From the NCBI GenBank assembly GCA_964270895.1, contig OZ185440.1: a stretch of DNA of 64,000 bases. One strand, 5' to 3'. This stretch comes from Podarcis filfolensis (lineage: Eukaryota). This document shows positions 35,453-49,964 of the stretch, piece after piece; position 1 is the stretch's first letter, and each line of letters begins with the position of its first letter. The position numbers and the translations under genes were made by a program. Below the pieces are notes generated by a model that was given only the letters and a program-made list of their open reading frames with translations, was not told the DNA's origin and made no database searches.

Positions 35453-37441
35453 CATGCCCAGAAAGGAAGGGAGCAAGAGGTTTTCTGCTTGTCCCATGCT
35501 ATTTAGGCATGGGTACAAGTGGTTTTTCATATGTCCCACTGCTTTCGTCGAAGTGTTTACCACTGATTTGGAACAAACGTCAATCTGCAGGAAAACTAAT
35601 TGATATTTGTGCTGATTCAGCAGTAAACAGTGGCTTTTCCCAGAGAAAATACGCAGGACAGGCAGGAATGTGGTTGAGCCCAGAGAGTGAGGAATTCTGC
35701 TCAAGCTGGAGTTGGGGCAGACATTGTAAAGTATGTTCTTTACTTTCCCCTTAGTCTTAACTAGTGCTGTCTGACTGGAAGGAAACACTAGGGTAGATAA
35801 TGGCGAGGCTGCTTTTTAATTACACCATCAAGAGTTGGTAGATACTGCTTTTCAAATGGACTTGGTGGCTTGGCTTGATTGCACAAGTCATCTGGCAGGG
35901 ACTTCTTTGGCACGTTCTCAGTTTGCACACTTGACACTTTCCACTTCTTGCTGGTACACACAGGGCGAGTTGCTCAAGTACACCTGAATCTGGTCCTGCA
36001 TTTTACATTAGCTCAGTTCCTCTCCGCCTCCTGCCTCCCAACTTCCCCTTTTCATCCTTTATATTCATGTATTCTGCATTCTTGTCAGCAAGTGAAGTTT
36101 TCTTCTGGTTAATATTTATGGTGCCCTTTAATGCCTAGAGCAGAAAAATGCCTGAAATGATTAGAAGTTACATTGTAAGGCAGTTAAAACCTAATGCAAC
36201 ACAATCATATGAGGACCAGTTGAATCAATTTATTGTGGTGGGGTCCCACACACACACAAGCAAAAAGAAGAAGAAAAATAACACAGCAATAGCGTAACAC
36301 TACGCAGCTGCACAGCAACATTGGCAAGCTGGACTGTGAATTTCAAGTGTGAACCTGAAACACTGAATGCGCTGTATTTTTAAAAGAAATCCCCTTTTGT
36401 ATGAGATATGTAATGTCCCTTTGTGCCAGAATGGTTTGCATGATAATGGTTCTCTTTTGTTGCTTGTTGTCACATGACAGAACTAAGTGAGCTGTGGAAG
36501 AAACAACATAAAAGATAATCTTCCATTTTCCCAAAGTCGTCTTTTTCTCTCTCCACCAAGAATATATTTTTTGAAAATTTCTTATGCACTGTAAATACTT
36601 CTTTAGTGTTTTAAAAGAAGTATTCTGCTATTAGCCTATCAGCCCTAATTGGTACTTTGCCTTATCTACACCTTCTCAGCTCAGCCTTTATTAAGAAAGC
36701 ATTGTTACTTTTTCCACTCATGGAGAAAACCTCAAGGCCAAACTGAATGGCTGTTTTCTGCCCCCACATGGTTAAGTTCATCATCATTGGGCAGGATCCA
36801 GTCAAAGTCCAGCACAAGCTTAAACCTCTCCTGACAATATATATATATAAAAGGTACTTAAATTTAGCTGAATTGTGCCCTCTCATATTGACCAACCAGG
36901 ACCTGAGGGCAATAGGAGGCATATTGCTGGACACTAGGGAGAACATCACCACCATGGCTAGTAGCCATGGATAGATTCATCCTCCACAAATTTATCTAAT
37001 CCTCTTTTAAAGCTATCCAAGTGAGTGGCCATCACTAGGTATTGTGGGAGAACATTCCATAGTTTCATTATGCTCAGTGTGAAGACATACTTTTTATTGT
37101 GTTCTTGTTTGTTAGAACAACCTGAAAATGTTGATGCCCAACTCGGCTAATTTCTAAACTCTTAAGAGCGGCCTCGCTTGCAGAAATTTAGCAGGCAACT
37201 CTGCCATACCTGGTGATGGAAAAACCTTCACCTACATAATTTCTGCAAGCTGTTAAGCAGAAGGGAGCAGGGTTGGGGGGGGGGAGGTGATGCCCCTACT
37301 GGTTCCTGGGATTGCCACTAGTCAAATAGCTATTCTATTTAACATTGATAGGACTGTGTTTCCCCTATTTGTGCCCTTTCTGAAGTCACTCAGATCTGTG
37401 TGGCTCCACACGGATGCCTAGTTCTGTAGTTTAGTTTAGAG

Positions 37442-37577
37442 CAGTGTTTTCCAAACTTGGGTCTCTAGCTGTTGTTGGACTACAACTCCCATCATCCTTA
37501 GCTAGCAGGACCAGTGGTCAGGGATGATGGGAGTCGTAGTCCAACAACAGCTGGAGACCCAAGTTTGAGAAAGACTG
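37442..37577. mobile_element. Palindromic hAT-type MITE
   Basis: cagtgttttccaaacttgggtctc...gagacccaagtttgagaaagactg; whole element nearly self-complementary. No TSD found. Confidence 0.75.
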
Positions 37578-37770
37578 ATAAATAGAGCCTAATTTAGAGA
37601 GAAAAAGAAGCATCAGGCCAGGATATGCTCTGAGTAAGTAAGGTTGGGCATGACTAAATGTGACCTGTGTGCCAATGGAGGAGGGTGGGATAGAGGGGAG
37701 AATACTGCCCACACCAATCCACTTTTGCCCCAACTATTGCTGTATCTTTGAGGTCATTGTCTTTCTAGGA

Positions 37771-37901
37771 CAGGCGTAGGCAAACTCGGCCCTCCAGATG
37801 TTTTGGGACTACAACTCCCATCATCCCTAGCTAACAGAACCAGTGGTCAGGGATGTTGGGAGTCATAGTCATTTTGGGAGGGCCGAGTTTGCCTATGCCT
37901 G
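37771..37901. mobile_element. Palindromic hAT MITE, 131 bp
   Basis: TIR caggcgtaggcaaactcggccctcc / ggagggccgagtttgcctatgcctg; exact 8-bp TSD ttctagga. Confidence 0.9.
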
Positions 37902-38459
37902 TTCTAGGATCATTTTCCTGCCAGGGGTGTTGAGACTGGCAATCCCTGTTCCATCTTCAGGGCAGAAATTTGCTCAGCTGAGCATCTGTTTCTGTTTGTC
38001 TCCTCCCTCCCTCCAAAGTACAGCGTATGGAGTATGGAGACGGAGTGGCAGTCCCTTACAATATCCCATCCAGGTTTTTTTCCCGTCCTCTTGCTATGTC
38101 ATGAAGAAAGCAAAGCAGTAGAACTATGTTCTCCTGTGTCTGTTCTCCACTTCCCATTCTTCCTCCCCCTCCAAAGCCAACGCTTATGTTGATATAAACT
38201 ATGATACTTAGTCAGCTGGGCTTAAATGTTTACATCCTCTTGTCACTTGTGAAGACATATCAAGTAACATGTAGCCAGTTATTCAGATATCTTTGCCGCT
38301 GGCTGATGCACAATAACAGGAGAAATCTCACTCATTCTTATTGATCCTTTAGTTCCTATACATAGACACACTGAAAGTATGAGTCTAGTTTAACCCCTCA
38401 CAGAGCTACAATTCCCATCACCTATAACAAACTACAATTCCCATCACCTATAACAAACT

Positions 38460-39030
38460 GGTGACAGCAGTCATGAAATTAAAAGACGCCTGCTTCTTGG
38501 GAGAAAAGCAATGGCAAACCTAGACAGCATCTTAAAAAGCAGAGACATCACCTTGCCAACAAAGGTCTGTATAATTAAAGCTATGGTTTTCCCAGTAGTG
38601 ATGTATGGAAGTGAGAGCTGGACCATAAAGAAGGCTGATCACCAAAGAATTGATGATTTTGAAGTATGGGGCTGGAGGAGACTCTTGAGAGTCCCATGGA
38701 CTGCAAGAAGATCAAACCTCTCCATTCTGAAGGAAATCAGCCCTGAGTGCTCACTGGAAGGACAGATCCTGAAGCTGAGACTCCAGTACTTTGGCCACCA
38801 CATGAGAAGAGAAGACTCCCTGGAAAAGACCCTGATGTTGGGAAAGATGGAGGGCACAAGGAGAAGGGGATGACAGAGGACAAGATGGCTGGACAGTGTT
38901 CTCGAAGCTACCAGCATGAGTCTGACCAAACTGCGGGAGGCAGTGGAAGATAGGAGTGCCTGGCGTGCTCTGGTCCATGGGGTCACAAAGAGTCGGACAT
39001 GACTAAACGGCTAAACAACAACAACAACAA
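38460..39030 (+). mobile_element. RTE-BovB LINE 3' fragment
   Basis: MANLDSILKSRDITLPTKVCIIKAMVFPVVMYGSESWTIKK...LEKTLMLGK (BovB ORF C-terminus), (AAC)n tail, acaaact on both sides. Confidence 0.93.
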
Positions 39031-39392
39031 ACTACAGTTCCCAGGATTCTTTGCAGGGGGTGGGGAACGTGCTTTAAATGTATGAGGTGTGCATACTGGT
39101 CAGACTGGGTCTTTTTCTTTTTCCATTACTTTCAATGACAATTCTAAAAGTGTGGGGCTATGTTTCAGTAAACTGAGCTCTTAACCTGCTCTCTGACCTG
39201 TCTATATTAGAATGTTGAACTCAACCTCAAAGAGCTTCATGATCTGGAATTAACTTTTTAAAAAATCACAACAATCCATTATTGAAATCACTTCTCTAAG
39301 CAGCCAATGTTGAAGTTCCTTTGAATTCAAAGAAACCTAAAAAGTCCTTGATCTCAGTTCATACAAGAACAAAAGATTAATTCTTGCTTATT

Positions 39393-39393
<1 letters not shown>

Positions 39394-39428
<35 letters not shown>
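39394..39428. repeat. (TG)n microsatellite
   Basis: Seen directly. Confidence 0.95.
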
Positions 39429-39430
<2 letters not shown>

Positions 39431-39904
39431 CACCCCACTAATGCTGTTTACTTTTTATGATGCTGAAGGCAAGACTGTGCTTTTTGTGTGCCAGTGCGTT
39501 TGATTGTAAGTGACCGTTGCTTTAAATGTATAGGGAGTTTCTTGTTGTTCATGCATAAAAATCAAATCCCAGTGCAATGTTTACTTAACTCCCTGCTGGA
39601 GTTGAGCAACAGGCATCTTTGGAAGAGTCTTACAGAACTTTTCCTAATGATGCCAGTGAGAGTAATGCCAAGATTATTTTTTTAAAAAAGTGTGTGCTGC
39701 TAAATGCAGACAAATGTAGAATTGTGTCAAAATTAGCTGAGTAAAAATAATCCGCACTCTGCCTGCTCCCTGTTTGACTTAACAGACAGTTGAGTGACTG
39801 TGGAATATACCAATGAGAAGGAGGGGCCAAGGTTTGCCCTAAGTCCCAGACTCAGTGAGAGACTGTGGTCCTTGATCAGAACTTTGGCTGCTTGTAGCCA
39901 GGTT

Positions 39905-40185
39905 AATTCCATTAAGTTTCACAAAATCCACTGTCAGAAACTTCTTCCTGATACTTAATTGCTACATCATCTATGAGACAGCCCTTTAGATATTTTAAGA
40001 TGGCTGTCATATCTCCTCTCAGTCGCCTCTTTCCCAGGCTAAGCATGCCCAACTCCTTCAACCATTCCTCATAAGGCTTGGTTTCCAGACCTTTGATCAT
40101 CTTGGTTGCCCTCCTCTGCACATGTTCCAACTTTGCCAATATCCTTCCTAAATTGTGGCTCACAGAACCAGATACAGTACGGCAA
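39905..40185 (-). mobile_element. CR1 LINE ORF2 fragment
   Basis: [41 protein letters not shown], a CR1 hallmark. Confidence 0.9.
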
Positions 40186-41943
40186 GTGTGGCCTGACCAA
40201 GGCCCTGGAGGCTCTGGGCCTTCAACGCAACCTGTGGAGATCTGGGGATGTCTCAACCTTACTCAAACCAGGCTCAGATCCCTCTGAATTGCCCCAGTTT
40301 TCTCTGGTTTCAGGCCTTGGCCAAATTTGGTGCACAGCCCTAGGAAATACAAGCATATAACTAGATAAAGCGAGTCAAGTATGTGAAAGGACACCTAGCT
40401 TGATCTAGCAGCTCAATTCTTACAAGGCATTTTTATAGTGCACTGTTTCTGAAGTTGATGCCTCTTACTCTGATTGGCTGAGCCGGTGTGGTGGCATGGA
40501 ATATTCACAGATATTCCAGCTGCTCAGATATAACTAAGCTGTTGTGATGTTTGCAGCTTTTGCAGGGAAAGATTAAAACCTCTCTGGGTAGGATTAAAAC
40601 CTCTCATCAGCAATAGAGTTCACTGTGCTAGAAAGATGAATCTGAGGGAAGAATGGGTGGGGGTGAGGGTGACAGGAGGGAGACGGGCCAAGAATGGTCT
40701 GGAAACAATGAGCAGATACGTGTGCTAGGTAGAACCTTACAAATACTTGTTTGCCCACAGAGAAAAGCTCTTCCTTTGGAAAACCAGGAATTTGCCATCT
40801 ATAAAGAATTATGTCACCCACATAGAATGGGAAAAGATCAAACAAAAACAGATTAATAGATCATGTCAGATGAAGTGAAATGAAAGCAAGGCAGACTCCC
40901 AACTCTGTACTCAATTGTCCCAGCTGATCCTGAACCACAGCAAGATACTGCATGCAAAGACTGCATGTGATATTTTAATTTACTGGCTGTCTTAATACAA
41001 CTTACAAAGATGAAAATTGTAAACAAGTCTCTCTCCTAAATATTTTCTGCATATTTTATTGCATTAACATTATTGGGCTCTTTTCACAACAAACTATTTA
41101 TCAGTTTGAAATGCATGTTTCCTTTCCATGTTGATAATCCATTCGCTTTGAAAACCGTAGTCTTCAGGGTAGGAGAAATGAACCAGAAATGGGAAAGGCG
41201 TTTTAAAAATAAGCTACCAATAAAGTGCAGTCAGACCTCACAACAACCACTAGGAGGTAAATTAGGCTGAGATATAATAGCTTGTTCAAGTCTACCCACT
41301 GCATTTCACAGTCAAGCAGGGATTTGAACAGTCTTCCCACTTCATCTGCTAGAGTCTGTGTTAAAAGATGGTAACAATGCAAGCCGTGAATCACACTTTG
41401 TGTGGTGTTTATTTATTTTTGCTGCATCAAAATGGATGGAAATTCTGACAAGCCAGAGGAAGACAGAGAACATGAAGAATGTATGAACTTTGCCGTTCCA
41501 GATTCATAGCTCAAGTATGCTTCCTTTTTGCTTCATCCACTAGCAGGATCATGAATTGATCAATGGAATCCCCCCTATGATCCTTGTGTCTATGACACCC
41601 AAGTCCTTATGGCTGGCTCCACAGTTGTGGGATCCTAGCCCATTCATCCTAGCCAGGGCTTTTTTTCCCTAGGAAAATAGGTGCCTGTACACACAATGCA
41701 GTTGTTACAATAAGTGTCACACTTTTTAACAACACAAAAAAAGAGGTGCCATTACCATGTGACCTTGAGTACCCCCCTCACAAAAAAAAGCACTGATCCT
41801 AGATGCCAGTTTGGGAAGGTTGAAGTTCACTGTGATGTGGATGTAGCCTTCACAGTAGGCATCCCCCTGGGGTATTTGCTTTTTCTGCCCTTGCATATAT
41901 CAGAAGCTAGCTGTCTTGACTGCATGGAAGTGTACGCATGGAC

Positions 41944-42545
41944 ATAATAATAATATAATTATAATAATTTATTATTTATACCCCGCCCATCTGGCTGAGT
42001 TTCCCCAGCCACTCTGGGTGGCTCCCAATCAAATCTTAAAAACAGTACAGCATTAAATATTAAAAACTTCCCTAAACAGGGCTGCCTTCAGATGTCTTTT
42101 AAAGATAGGATAGCTGCTTATTTCCTTCACATCTGAAGGGAGGGTGTTCCACAGGGTGGGCGCCACTACCAAGAAGGCCCTCTGTCTGGTTCCCTGTAAC
42201 CTCACTTATTGCAATGAGGGAACCACCAGAAGGCCCTCGGCACTGGATCTCCATGTGCGGGCTGAACGATGGGGGTGGAGACGCTCCTTCAGGTATACTG
42301 GACCGAGGCCGTTTAGGGCTTTAAAGGTCAGCACCAACACTTTGAATTGTGCTGGGAGTCAATGCAGATCTCTCAGGACCGGTGTTATGTGGTCCCGGTG
42401 GCCACTCCCAGTCTAGCTGCCGCATTCTGGATTAATTGCAGTTTCTGGGTCACCTTCAAAGGTAGCCCCACGCAGAGTGCATTGCAGTAGTCCAAGCGGA
42501 AGATATGCATGCACCACTCTGGCGATACAGTCTGCGGGCAGACTA
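41944..42545 (-). mobile_element. L2-like LINE 3' fragment
   Basis: RLDYCNALCVGLPLKVTQKLQLIQNAAARL (L2 RT C-terminal motif); (ATT)n tail. Confidence 0.85.
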
Positions 42546-45500
42546 TGCTCATCCATAGGCTACTTGACCGCAGATAATCATGTAGACATCTGGAGGTGGG
42601 GCCAGCAGCGTTCCCTGAGTCAACCAGGAGCACAGCCCAGGAATTGCATCATGCCCCTTTCACATGAGTAATGTGTAAAGAGGGCTTGTGTCATCACAGT
42701 TCATTTTTATTTTTATTTTTATTTTTTTGCTTGATCTGTTTTGTGTGGAAGTGAATGTATTCAAGTGAATACATGGAAGCTGGGGATGAGGCCAGCAGGT
42801 GCGATCCTACCATTCCCCCATTCCTTTGTTTCAACATATGTGAAGAAGCGAATAGGGCATTTGAAAAGCAATAATCCAGAGTGTTTCTAACTCCTACTTT
42901 ATTTGGAATTCATTTCCCCTGAATGGGCAGTGCAGACATTGTGCTGAACTGTTGCCCACTGATGTCTTCCATTAGCTCCCCAACTAAGAACGTGTTCTTG
43001 AAAATTTCCAAATTGGAGCTATAACACTTCCAGTGTTAATGAGCGCCCTTGTACAGCGCTATCATTTGCTGCAAGAACAAAAGTCCTGTTATGATATTAT
43101 ACTATAGTGTTGTATAAAGGCAGCACTGGTTCCCTCTGGTCCAACAATAGACGTGATTGTCCATTGTCTTTAGTAGATCAGTATTTCTCCCAGACGCACT
43201 ATCAAGCAGAGTAGTTTGCCGTTCGTTACTCTTTACTCTCTTTTTGTTCAGCACTATTGAATGTGCCGTGCTATCAACAACAAATCTGTATTTCATCCAA
43301 GCCAGGGATCTCAAATTGCGTAGCAAGCTTCCCTCCAGCATTACAAGCAGTATCTACAGAATATGTGGGATTCTTCTTGGTGTCCTCAGCTCAGAATTTG
43401 TGTTCCACAGTTGGGCCATGAGCCAGGTCTTAGCAGACATCTACTCTCTGGTTGTGATGTTTGATTATGGATAGAGTTTACTAGGGTTTACTGAATTTGG
43501 TTTGAATTTCATTGTTGGTATTCTGGTTTTGAATTAGTATGGGGGTGCATGACTGAAAAGCAGCCCAGAAATGAACTAAAACATAATAGATCACTTCCAC
43601 CTCATGTGAGAGCTAGAAGCATACACCAATAAGTCCCTGAGCCAAATATCACCTCAGCCTAGGGGACCTTTCATAGGCATGTCATTTTAGGGAGTCAATC
43701 TTAATTTTTGCAAATTTCTTCAGTGATGGTCTTAAAAATATGTTTTGGGGTTTGAGAAACTCAAATTTGCTATTATTTCTGTGATTGGACAATGTTTAGC
43801 TTGATGAAGAGGCACATGAACTGTTTTTGGAAAACCAAACATTTTAAATTTTACTTTCTGAAAATGTCAGGTAATGCTAAATGCTAAGTAATATTAATAT
43901 ACAAAATAACTTCAAGTACTTGGCAATCATTTTTTATTATTTCTATGCAATTGTACACACATTTTACTTACTAAGCAAAATTATGTAAATTTATGTAAAT
44001 TATGTAATTTGTGTAAATTTAACCAAAATATCTTTAGAATTCCCAAGTCATATTACAGCTTTTTAGCATCCCTCATTTTTGGAATTTGAAAGTTGAATTC
44101 ATGTCACAGTTTCTAGACCCTTTCTCTCCTCCCCCCAGCCCCACCCCCATCATAAGGTAATAATAATATTGAATTATGGGAGGCCACATACAATTGTTCC
44201 CAGCGGAGAAGCAACTGTGACAGCCGTTCTGAACCTAAATTTTCAGTTTAGAGAGGTGCTAATTATTTGTATAACGGCACTGCTTTAGCATCCGCGGTAT
44301 CTTGGAAAGGGAGAAGGATGGGGGGGGGGATTGGAACAACTTGCCATGGCCCTGTGACCTCATTGGCCATGCAGCCATGACTTCCTAGAAGCCCTTCCGG
44401 GTCCACTGGGAACCAGTTGCCACTGGTGTAGGAGCCGGGTAACGATGGGAAGCAAGTTGTGTCCTGGTGTAACGTTAGAGGTTCAAGGAAACTTTCAGGC
44501 CCATATTTCTTCAGAGCTGGTGAGTGTTTCTTTGCAGAGGAAAAGGGATAAACAAAAGGAGCCAGCAATGGGCTAGAAGAAAGAAAAGGGAAACATTGTG
44601 ATTACAGCTGCTCAGTATTTAAGATTCCTGCCTACAGCAACCCACCAGGCCACATGTAACATGATTTGTGAAAGGTGGTGTGATGAACTGAGGTTTTGAA
44701 AAAGATCAGTTATTCAGTTAAAATACATTTTGACAATGTTGTACAATTTTCCATTTGACACAAGAGGCTTCATAATGAGTATTTGAGAAATCTGGTTCCC
44801 AGTTAACTCGCCTAGAATAGAAGGCATATATTAATTAACTGAGGATTATAATGATATTCCCATAAGCATGCATGTGAAAAAGATTTTTTTGCTTTATTTC
44901 TCTTGTTGAATGAAAGTAGTTGCAGAATATTTAGGTTTAACTAATTCTGGTTAAATGTGCAATCCTTGACATGTGCAGATAGGCAATAGTCTTATGGGAG
45001 GCCTATTTTAGATGGCTGTGTGGTTATTATTTTTAGCTGTGAAGCACACTGTTAAGTTTACTCTTCCCATGCACATACCATTCCATACTTTACAACTTCT
45101 TTTACATTCCTGATATGTTAGAGCAAGACAGGCAGACAAACAAAAGTAGTTTGCCATCCCTGATTTTAATTTTAGAAAATTGAATTCTCTGAGCATGTGT
45201 AGTTTTGAATTTTAATCTCCTATAAATCACAGCACCATCTAGGCCACAGGAATAAACTGGAGTTTGCTTCTGCGGCTTTGATGCTTAACTCATTGACTTG
45301 GGAATAAGCACCATTTTGATGGAGAAAAGGATAATAAATCATAAAGTGAGCATCTGTAATCATATACATGTCTGGCTAGTCACTTACTGACTATAAAAAG
45401 GTTTTAAAATGAGAATAAAGGAAGGTGTAGTGACCAGGAATCATCCCCAGAGAATCCGCTTGATCCCATGATATGGGATTTGTCTCTCATGATATGGGGA

Positions 45501-46036
45501 TGCCCTGGGCTTTTGAAGATCCAGCCTGAAGATCAGTCTGAAGATCCAGCCCCAATTGCACCTACTCCAAATTACTTGGAATATTACAACTTAAAAGTGT
45601 AGACCAAAGATCAGAGTTGAAATGAATATGGAAATATTCAGAATCCATCAAAGATTCCACTCAAATACCAAACGTAACTATTAAATATCATTAGGTACTA
45701 TAAACCATTTTTAAATCCTGCTGATTGAAATACCATACAATGCCAAATATTCAGCATATATTTTGAATATTCAGAGGTAATCTGTAGAACATTCCACATC
45801 AAAACGTGCAGAGGATAAATGTTGAGAATTATGGGGAGCAAAAAGCTCTCAGCAGAGACTTCAAATCAAAATAGTGACAGCAGATCACTATTTTATAAAT
45901 CTGTTATGTGACAGATTTATACCATATTTAGATCTCCTGATATTTTCTAAAAATTCGAATTAAGTCAGCACTCTGTAGATTTTTACAGAACAGTTTAATG
46001 TTCTACACTGCCCAGCTAAATTCCAAGTCTCATAAC

Positions 46037-46127
46037 CATAGCTGTCAACGTTTCCTTTTTTTTTAAGGGAAATTCCCTTATTCCGAATAGGATTCCTCGC
46101 AAGAAAAGGGAAAAGTTGAAAGCTATG
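46037..46127. mobile_element. 91-bp MITE
   Basis: TIR catagctgtcaac / gttgaaagctatg; exact 8-bp TSD ctcataac (hAT-type). Confidence 0.88.
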
Positions 46128-48237
46128 CTCATAACCTAATGAAAATTCCCAACCAGAATCCCGTCAGAATATATTTTCTAATTAAGTGCTAAAGTTTCAG
46201 AAATGTGACATGTCTATTTCTTCCATTATTATTTTTTTAGCATACATTGTATTGTTTCATTGTCTCAAGGTGAAGAATCTGATTAGCTCTGTAACGTGCC
46301 TTTTGTTTATATCACCCATGTTGAATTGGATGGAAGTGCAGAAGGAAATAGCCACCCCAATCAATCCTTTCCTTGCTCCAGTTATTTTTCAGAGGGGCTT
46401 TTAACATTACGCATTGAATTCTGTGCGTGCACTTAGCTTTCAAATTTGGATTATAAAGGCTGGAATGAACAAAATTATTAAGTGTTTCTTTTGGACAGCA
46501 AACTGACAAGGCAAAGGAAATCCCTTGCTAAAGGATATTACAGTTCTGGGTCATGAACATTTAAGCAGGAGTTACTGCCATCCAGAGGCAGAAAGCCATA
46601 AACTGTCACCTTCCATTATTCTTTAAACCCAAAAGGTAAGCCCAAATGAGTGCATTGGTTGGTTCACTTTAGTCTGAATTAAGGCATCAAAGGACAGAGT
46701 AATAACACGTGTAACCTGAGGTTTTTGTGTCTTGTTTTATTTAGTATATAATTTAGACATTTGTCAGCCAAGTACCATATGCTGGAGAAGAGGGGTCCAC
46801 ATGGACATGTGCTGAGGGAGGTGAGAGAGAATAAGACCACTTCTTCTTGCCATACATTTTGAATTATCCTACATAAGAAGAAAGCTGATATACATTTGAA
46901 GTGAGCCAAAACCTCAGTACGATCGGCATGTGAGTTACAAGCTGTCCCTGATCAACATTTGATCGTCGGGCAACAAGAACTGTGTGTGGTTGGGGATGCA
47001 ATGTATCTCTCTACACATTGCCTCTCCATGGAGTCTTTGGCAGCAGGAGATGGAATGAATGAGATCTTCTATCCCAACTGTAGTAGGTGCCAAGGTCCTG
47101 GGCTCTGAATGCGCTGCAAGCATTTTCGAAATATGGGAGGCTGCACTAAGCCTCCACCTTATATAAGAAGAGGGTTGGTGCAGTTTGGCATCTGTGTGAT
47201 TTGCTGCAGTAACAATTGCTTGCATCTTGAACTGCTTGCTTAGGTCAGTGGGACAACCCTCTCCTTTAATGGCAGGATTTGGCCTTACTTCATGTGGGGT
47301 TTTGAAGTACCTGCAATAGATTAAATCAGCCCTACTTTGGGACTGGCAGGATTGATTGGTCCACTCAATAAATAAATAAAAATGTTAGAGGAAGGAATGG
47401 TTCCGGTACGATCTGCAATACCTACTGGTGGGTCATGGAAGAGGGAGACTATTCCACAATCCTCTGTAATTCCGTGTTAAAAACTTGTGCTATCAACAGG
47501 TCTGCTGGCAGGGAAGTTGCACATGTATTGGTCCCCATGCCAGCAGAGGCCCCAGAGTCTTAGCTTTCATTTTTTAAAAAATAAATAAGTCAATCAGACA
47601 TTTCTAAAGAAAGTTATGAAACAAAGTGTGGAGACAACTCTAATGCTTTGGTACTTGGCAAGCAGCACCATTGCGAAGGATTCTTAATTACTTAATCACT
47701 GTTGCTAAGCAATTAGAGGAAGGAATGTTGGCCACCCCTATGTGGATTCAGGAGAGGGACCTCCCAGAGGAGCAGAAAAAGCTGGAGAAGCTGGATGGAG
47801 GACACCACTGGGACACATTTGTTTAAGCACTTTCCTTGTAGCCACCTTATTTCATTCACTCCCCGCGTGTACTGCCTTTCCGGAATAGAACACAAATGGC
47901 TGTCTTTTGTATGTTTTACTTGGCAGTAAATAAACAAGGTCCTGTATCTTGATTTTCCAGGTGCTCAAGGCTGTGAGCGCTTTCTTCCCCTTCCCCCTTT
48001 TATCTTCATAACAGCTGTGTGAAGTAGAGTTGGCAGTTCAGGCACCAAAGTGTGAAACTGCACATATTTAGAATATTTTTGTTTCTTGCTTGTTGTTATT
48101 TATCAGGGTTGGCAAAAAAAACCAAACACCATGTTGGTTCATTTTGGTAGGAAAATTATAGGACTATGAAACATTGCAGTTAAAGGAAAGAGGAAGCTTT
48201 TTTTCTGACTTTCTTTACATGATCTGGGAACGACCTT

Positions 48238-48470
48238 ACATGAGAACATAAGAATAGCTCTGCTGGATCAGGCCAATGGACCAGAATCCTGTTCTCACAG
48301 TGGCCAGATGCCTATGAGAAGCCCACAACCAAGGCCTGATCACAACTGCATTCTCCCCTCCTGTGGTTCCAAGCAACTTGCATTCATGAGCATAAGCAGC
48401 AGTTCTTGTACACAGATTGTGGCAGGTGGGGTGGTGCAGGGCCCCCAAAATCACATACAGCATAGCAGGC
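48238..48470 (-). mobile_element. CR1 3' end
   Basis: catgagaacataagaatagctctgctggatcaggccaatgg is the reverse complement of a CR1 terminus. Confidence 0.7.
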
Positions 48471-48637
48471 ATGAGGAATCATGTTGACATCTCTGGTTGG
48501 AAAGGGTCAGTGATGTTCTCCTCACCATGCTTGAGATATGCTTAGGATCATAAGCCAGCCAGCAGAGACTGGGAGGGTCTTTTGGCTGGTGAGCAAGGTA
48601 AAAATATTTCAGATAAAAAACGTACACCATACTAGAA

Positions 48638-49060
48638 TAGGGATGGGCAAATCTGCCCATTTCAGTTTCTCATTTTTCCTATCTTAAGTTCTCCACCTTT
48701 CCACATCAGTTTGCAATTTTTATTTTGTTTTTAAAAGTCTGGTGAAAATTCATCAGCATTTTTATGTCAATGTCTCCTTATATACACATTTGGATGCATT
48801 TTTGCCTCGTGTTTTATTTTGCAAAGCAGTCTTTCTTAATATAAAACACTTTTGTATGTTATTTTCACCAATATATGTATTTTGATCCAGTTGTCACCTA
48901 TCTACTACGTGCATTTTTGTACACATTGCTTGGCTGGAGAACTGTGCTGGAAAATTCAGAGAAGTGCAAATTTCAAAGGCGGTTGCATTCCAATTTGCGT
49001 ATTGTTTCGGAATGCGCTAATTAAGGAGGCTCACCTTTGGGTGTGGTTTTCCTCAAGCTC
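48638..49060. mobile_element. Probable TAGGGATG-type non-autonomous DNA transposon fragment
   Basis: Begins tagggatggg; related degenerate sequence surrounds the SINE at 3.2-3.8 kb. Right boundary approximate. Confidence 0.45.
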
Positions 49061-49964
49061 TTATACTGGAACCTTGGGGTATGCAGGGAGAGAACAAAGA
49101 GACCAAAAGTGGGCGGTGTCTCACTAGGCCTTCCCTTGTTGGCTTGAGAGCTTGCAATGTGAAGTCGTTCAGTTTCCAAGAACTGATCTTGCAGCTTAAT
49201 TCTGCTCCTGGCCAAGTTCAGCAAGAGAGAAATAGCAAAAATAGCATCTTGCATGATTTTACAGCTGTTGTACTACAAAGCCCATCAGCCCTAGCTGTTG
49301 GCCATGCTGACCAGCACCGATCGAAGCTGGAATCCAACAGAACATCTGGAAGACGGCAGGTTCTTTTCCCCTGTTTTACACCCCACTTAAGCAAATAGTT
49401 TACAGTGGGTTTCAAATCACCAGGTGTTCTATTGGAATTGGTCTATATACTGCCTAATAAAAGCTTTGCATTTTTATTTTTATTTTATATATTAAAAAAG
49501 TCAACATACTAGATTATTTGGCTTGAATGCCATGCTTCCATTAACTGAACGTGTACTCTGCAAAAGTATGTCTGCTTCAATGTTCATCACTTTGTTACTT
49601 TCCTCTTCTATTAATCTCAAAGAAGGTGTTTCTTTTGGAAACATTATATAGAGCCCTTTCTGGTGAAGGGAATCTTTTCTCTGCCGGGCTTTTGTAGGTT
49701 TTATAAAAGCAGGTTTAAGAGTGCCCTCTGCTGGTGTCATGGTGGAAAACAGCAAAGAATGCCACAAGGCAACCAGTAAAAGGGTTGTATCTGGGATATG
49801 AGAAGCTTTCCCATTTTGTTTGTTTTGCCATGCTGAAAAGCAGGATTACATCTTTGGAATACTTATCTGCAAATATAACCAAATCATTTTCAACAAGTTA
49901 TGGTTTTGAAGAAATTGTTTTTCTCTCGTGTATTTTAGATTCCAGGGAAAGTGAGCTGGCTAGG

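Noticed and set aside
38405-38459. Short tandem duplication just before the BovB
   Set aside because: Local duplication within a MITE fragment; similar 20-21-bp doublets at ~32770 and ~40570 are ordinary slippage products.
49501-49767. 88-aa minus ORF resembling a last exon
   Set aside because: Weak acceptor, no recognised homology, no partner exon.
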